A stretch of DNA of 60,993 bases, filler included. It is 5 parts of 5 records of this genome, joined end to end, with 100 filler letters (N's around TTAATTAATTAA, not from the genome) between each part and the next. Parts side by side here need not be neighbours in the genome. Positions count along the whole stretch, not along the records: positions 55,315 to 60,993 come from SRR22947725_3986; 4 more parts are not named here. One strand, given 5' to 3'. Position 1 is the first letter of the stretch, and every line of letters starts with the position of its first letter. The notes under the pieces were generated by a model. That model did no database searches and had not been told where the DNA came from. It was given only the letters and a program-made list of their open reading frames with translations. The position numbers and the translations under genes are program-made. This document shows positions 57,649 through 60,993 of this stretch, one piece after another.

Positions 57649-59183
57649 TGAAAAAAATAAAAACAGCTCTTATTTCAGTTTCTGATAAAAAAAATCTTAA
57701 ACCCCTTCTTAATTCTTTAAAACAAAATAAAATAAAAATTATCAGTTCAGGTGGAACCTATAAAGAAATTAGAAAATTAAAATTTAAATGCCTAGAAGTT
57801 TCTAAATTTACAAACTCACCTGAAATTTTAGAAGGTAGAGTAAAAACACTTCATCCAAAAATACATGCTGGAATTTTAAATAAAAGAAGAAGTAAAACCC
57901 ATTTAAGAGATATTAAAAATAATAATTTTGAGAATATAGATTTAGTTATTGTAAATTTTTACCCGTTCGAGCAGATATTAAAAAATACCAAAAATCATGA
58001 AAAAATAATTGAAAATATTGATGTAGGAGGGCCAACAATGGTTAGATCTGCAGCTAAGAATTATAAAGATGTGACAGTTATCACCTCCTCAGATCAGTAC
58101 AAACAATTAATTGAAGAATTAAAATCAAACAAAGGCTCTACATCCTTAGGATTTAGAGAAAAATTATCTAGAATTGCATTCACTGAAACCGCTTATTATG
58201 ACTCAGTTATTTCAGCCTATTTTAATAAAAAAAATAATGTAATTTTTCCAGACAAAAAAGTGTTTCATGCAAATCTTATTGAGACTCCACGTTATGGAGA
58301 AAATCCTCACCAACTAAGTGCAATTTATTCAAAAAATAATTCAATGAAAATAAATCAAATTCATGGAAAACAACTAAGTTATAATAATTACAATGATATA
58401 TTTTCAGCTTTAACTATTTCAAAATCGTTACCCAAAAACAAAGGGACTGTCATAGTAAAACATGCAAATCCATGTGGAGTTTCGGTTAAAAGTGATAATT
58501 TAATGAGCTATAAATCAGCACTTGCTTGTGATCCAATTAGTGCGTTTGGGGGAATAGTCTCATGTAATTTTAAGATTACTAAAAACCTTGCTGCAGAATT
58601 GAATAAGTTATTTCTTGAGGTTATTATTGGAAATGGTTTTGAAAAAGATGCTCTAATATTGTTAAAAAAGAAAAAGAATTTAAGATTAATTGATGCAACA
58701 AATTATACTTTTAAAGAAATATTGAGGTTTATATCTTCTAACGAAGAAATATTAGTACAAACAGAGGATTTCAAAAAATTTAATAATAAAGATTTTAAAG
58801 TTGTTTCTAAAAAAAAACCAACCTCTAAACAAATGAAAAATCTAATCTTTGCATTTAATATTTGCCGATACGTAAAATCAAACGCAATAGTACTTGCATC
58901 AAATGAAACAACTACAGGAATTGGATCTGGTCAACCAAGCCGATTGGATAGCTGTCAAGTTGCAATAGATAAAATGAAAAAATTTATAAAAACAAAAGAT
59001 GACGTAGTAGCTGCGTCTGATGCATTTTTTCCATTTGTTGATGGAATTGAAAAATTAATTCAATCAGGTGTTACAGCAGTCATACAACCTTCTGGATCTA
59101 TCAGAGACAAAGAAATTATTAATTTTGCAAATGAAACTGACACAATTTTAGTCTTTTCTAAAACTAGACATTTTAGACATTAG
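57648..59183 (+). CDS. purH: Bifunctional AICAR transformylase / IMP cyclohydrolase
   Basis: ALISVSDK, GRVKTLHPKIH, IDVGGP, RYGENPHQ, KHANPCG, ASDAFFPF, RHFRH. Confidence 0.98.
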   Translation: MKKIKTALISVSDKKNLKPLLNSLKQNKIKIISSGGTYKEIRKLKFKCLEVSKFTNSPEILEGRVKTLHPKIHAGILNKRRSKTHLRDIKNNNFENIDLVIVNFYPFEQILKNTKNHEKIIENIDVGGPTMVRSAAKNYKDVTVITSSDQYKQLIEELKSNKGSTSLGFREKLSRIAFTETAYYDSVISAYFNKKNNVIFPDKKVFHANLIETPRYGENPHQLSAIYSKNNSMKINQIHGKQLSYNNYNDIFSALTISKSLPKNKGTVIVKHANPCGVSVKSDNLMSYKSALACDPISAFGGIVSCNFKITKNLAAELNKLFLEVIIGNGFEKDALILLKKKKNLRLIDATNYTFKEILRFISSNEEILVQTEDFKKFNNKDFKVVSKKKPTSKQMKNLIFAFNICRYVKSNAIVLASNETTTGIGSGQPSRLDSCQVAIDKMKKFIKTKDDVVAASDAFFPFVDGIEKLIQSGVTAVIQPSGSIRDKEIINFANETDTILVFSKTRHFRH

Positions 59184-59517
59184 TTAATTGATCTATTTTT
59201 GCAGCTAAAATAAAATCATTTTCAGATAATCCTTCAATTGCATGAGTTGTGATTTTTATTTCTGCATAACCCCAACCAAATAATATATCAGGATGATGTC
59301 CTTCATTTTCTGAGATTTTGGCAACTTTGTTAATAAAGTTTTGACTATCTAAAAAATTTTTAAAATCAAACTTTTTATTTAAGAAAAAAATTTTCTTTTC
59401 ATTTTTAGATATATTCCAACCATCAACTTTTTTTTGATACTTATGTATTTCAGATGTATCAAAAGGTACTATTCCACCTTCACAGGGTTTACATTTTTTT
59501 TTTAAAAGCTCATCCAT
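59173..59517 (-). CDS. Pterin-4-alpha-carbinolamine dehydratase
   Basis: CKPCEGG, F.NF, EGHHPD..WG, THAI.GL..NDFILAAKID. Confidence 0.92.
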   Translation of the reverse strand: MDELLKKKCKPCEGGIVPFDTSEIHKYQKKVDGWNISKNEKKIFFLNKKFDFKNFLDSQNFINKVAKISENEGHHPDILFGWGYAEIKITTHAIEGLSENDFILAAKIDQLTNV

Positions 59518-59524
59518 AAAAATT

Positions 59525-60940
59525 TTATTGTCGTAAAAATTCTTTTCTTCTAAATTCTAACTGATTTGATATTTCTTTAATTATATAATCTGAATAAATG
59601 AAATCAGTACATAGATTTTTATAAGATACATCTTCTATTAATTTTGCATAATTTAACCAATGATTCATAATCAAAAAGTCTGAAATGGACAGACCTGATA
59701 AAGTTTCTAAAAATTTTTTTTGTTTAAAAGTTTCTTTAGCATCCTCTATTTTTTCAATATTCTCCCATTTATTTTCATAATTCATAAAATTAGGTTCTTT
59801 ATTATTAATTTCTTTAAAATCAGGAAATGGTTCATAAAATTCAGAACATCCTCTTTTAATACCAACTTTATCTATTAAAATGAATTTCAATAAAGGATTT
59901 AAATTTTCTAAAATCTCATTCGCTTCATTTACACTAGAACAATAAATAAAACCTTTGTAAGTTCCTGAAACTTTTGGTCTTATTTCTATCATACATTTTC
60001 TCCAATTATTATTTGTAAATTCAAAATTATCAAAAATAAAAAATAATTTAATTAACTCCAATATATTTTTTGGTTCAATTTGAATTTTAAAACAGCTAAA
60101 ACAATATTTGGGAATTATTTTATCCTGATTAAAAATTTTATGATGTCTTTTACAATTTAGATCTTCTGAATTTCTTCTATAGGTTTGAGTTTCTTGATAT
60201 TCTATATCTTGAATATCGTTATTGATTTTTTTAATAATCTTATTAGATTTTTTAAAAAAGATTGATAAGTTTTCATTTTTAAAAAAATCTTTAAGCACAA
60301 AATTATTATGCAAATTTTTCAATTCATTATTCACTTTAACAATTGGATTATCATTGTCAGAACTAACACTGGTTAATGCTAAAATTAAATTTTCTTTTGC
60401 TTTCTTGTATTTTCTATTATGTATAATTGCTTTAGAATAACAATTAATAGCTTGATTAAAATTACCCATATAAGAAAAAACTATACCAAGATTATTATGT
60501 GCATCAGCAATTTTTGGATTTTTATCAATTACTTTTTCATAACATTTTTTTGCCTCTTCATAATTTCCTAATTTTTGAAATACTAGTCCTAAATTATACT
60601 GAACATTTATTAAGTCAGGATTGACGCTGATCACTTTTTCATAACATTCTATTGCTTTTTCATGTTTGCCTAATTTCTGAAATATCAAACCTAGATTTTG
60701 ATTTGCGTTAATGAAATTTGGTTTTATCTCTATTGCTTTTTCATAACATTCTTTTGCTTCTTCATTTTGTCCTTCTAAGCCAAATATAAAACCTAAATTA
60801 TTATAAGCTTCTACAAGATTTGGATTTATTTTTATAATCTGTTTGTATAAATCCTTGGCAACTTTATAATTATTTTTCTCTTGATTTTGTAAAGCCAAAC
60901 TAAACATTTCATTTATATTTAGTTGATTTTTATTATTCAT
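59525..60940 (-). CDS. TPR-repeat protein with a Cys/His-rich C-terminal domain of unknown function
   Basis: About five TPRs (AYNNLG..A..CYEKAI..P). C-terminal CKRH..IIPKYCFSCFK..RKCMIE.R..YKGFIYC..KRGCSEF. Confidence 0.85.
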   Translation of the reverse strand: MNNKNQLNINEMFSLALQNQEKNNYKVAKDLYKQIIKINPNLVEAYNNLGFIFGLEGQNEEAKECYEKAIEIKPNFINANQNLGLIFQKLGKHEKAIECYEKVISVNPDLINVQYNLGLVFQKLGNYEEAKKCYEKVIDKNPKIADAHNNLGIVFSYMGNFNQAINCYSKAIIHNRKYKKAKENLILALTSVSSDNDNPIVKVNNELKNLHNNFVLKDFFKNENLSIFFKKSNKIIKKINNDIQDIEYQETQTYRRNSEDLNCKRHHKIFNQDKIIPKYCFSCFKIQIEPKNILELIKLFFIFDNFEFTNNNWRKCMIEIRPKVSGTYKGFIYCSSVNEANEILENLNPLLKFILIDKVGIKRGCSEFYEPFPDFKEINNKEPNFMNYENKWENIEKIEDAKETFKQKKFLETLSGLSISDFLIMNHWLNYAKLIEDVSYKNLCTDFIYSDYIIKEISNQLEFRRKEFLRQ

Positions 60941-60945
60941 AATAT

Positions 60946-60993
60946 TGGAGCGGGCAAAGGGGGTCGAACCCTCGACCTTCTCGTTGGCAACGA
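60946..60993 (-). tRNA. tRNA-Gly(GCC), 3' part (5' end lies outside the window)
   Basis: The reverse complement TCGTTGCCAACGAGAAGGTCGAGGGTTCGACCCCCTTTGCCCGCTCCA shows the anticodon loop TT-GCC-AA, a GGTTCGA T-arm and an encoded CCA. Confidence 0.92.

Overview
This window is not one locus. It is five unrelated sequence fragments joined by artificial 100-bp spacers (44 N + TTAATTAATTAA + 44 N) at 20614-20713, 37870-37969, 46069-46168 and 55215-55314, so nothing should be inferred across those joins. Taxonomy below is inferred from protein sequence and base composition. (1) 1-20613: a GC-rich actinobacterium (Microbacteriaceae-like) with upp (partial)/tadA, proC, Trk/Ktr K+ uptake genes, an ArsR regulator, an excisionase-type HTH protein, ribosomal protein bS22, several small conserved genes, rpoB-rpoC, a prepilin peptidase and rpsL-rpsG-fusA-tuf (partial). 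Many of its genes look leaderless. (2) 20714-37869: an intermediate-GC, probably Verrucomicrobia/PVC fragment with REP-like repeats, an M.HhaI-like C5 DNA methyltransferase directly upstream of addB/addA-like helicase-nuclease genes, a membrane-anchored cNMP-domain protein, a Ser/Thr kinase, trhO and metabolic genes. (3) 37970-46068: an AT-rich Bacteroidota xylan/xylose cluster (beta-helix+CBM T9SS protein, GH10, GPH transporter and GH43, converging on xylA-xylE-galM). (4) 46169-55214: a Bacteroidota laminarin-type PUL (SusC, SusD, two PKD lipoproteins, GH16, GH3, LacI). (5) 55315-60993: a very AT-rich SAR11/Pelagibacter-like fragment (rpe, heparinase II/III-like, purH, pterin dehydratase, TPR protein, tRNA-Gly). 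I see no CRISPR array, prophage or transposase, and no clearly new multi-gene system can be established from sequence alone. The best leads are: a perfect 17-bp inverted repeat that is the whole bidirectional leaderless promoter of upp/tadA; an apparently orphan GCGC-type methyltransferase with a GCGC site in its own putative promoter, coupled to addAB; a non-canonical cNMP-domain membrane protein followed by a candidate structured RNA and a converging kinase; and an uncharacterised beta-helix enzyme with a CBM inserted into its choice-of-anchor Q motif in the xylan locus.
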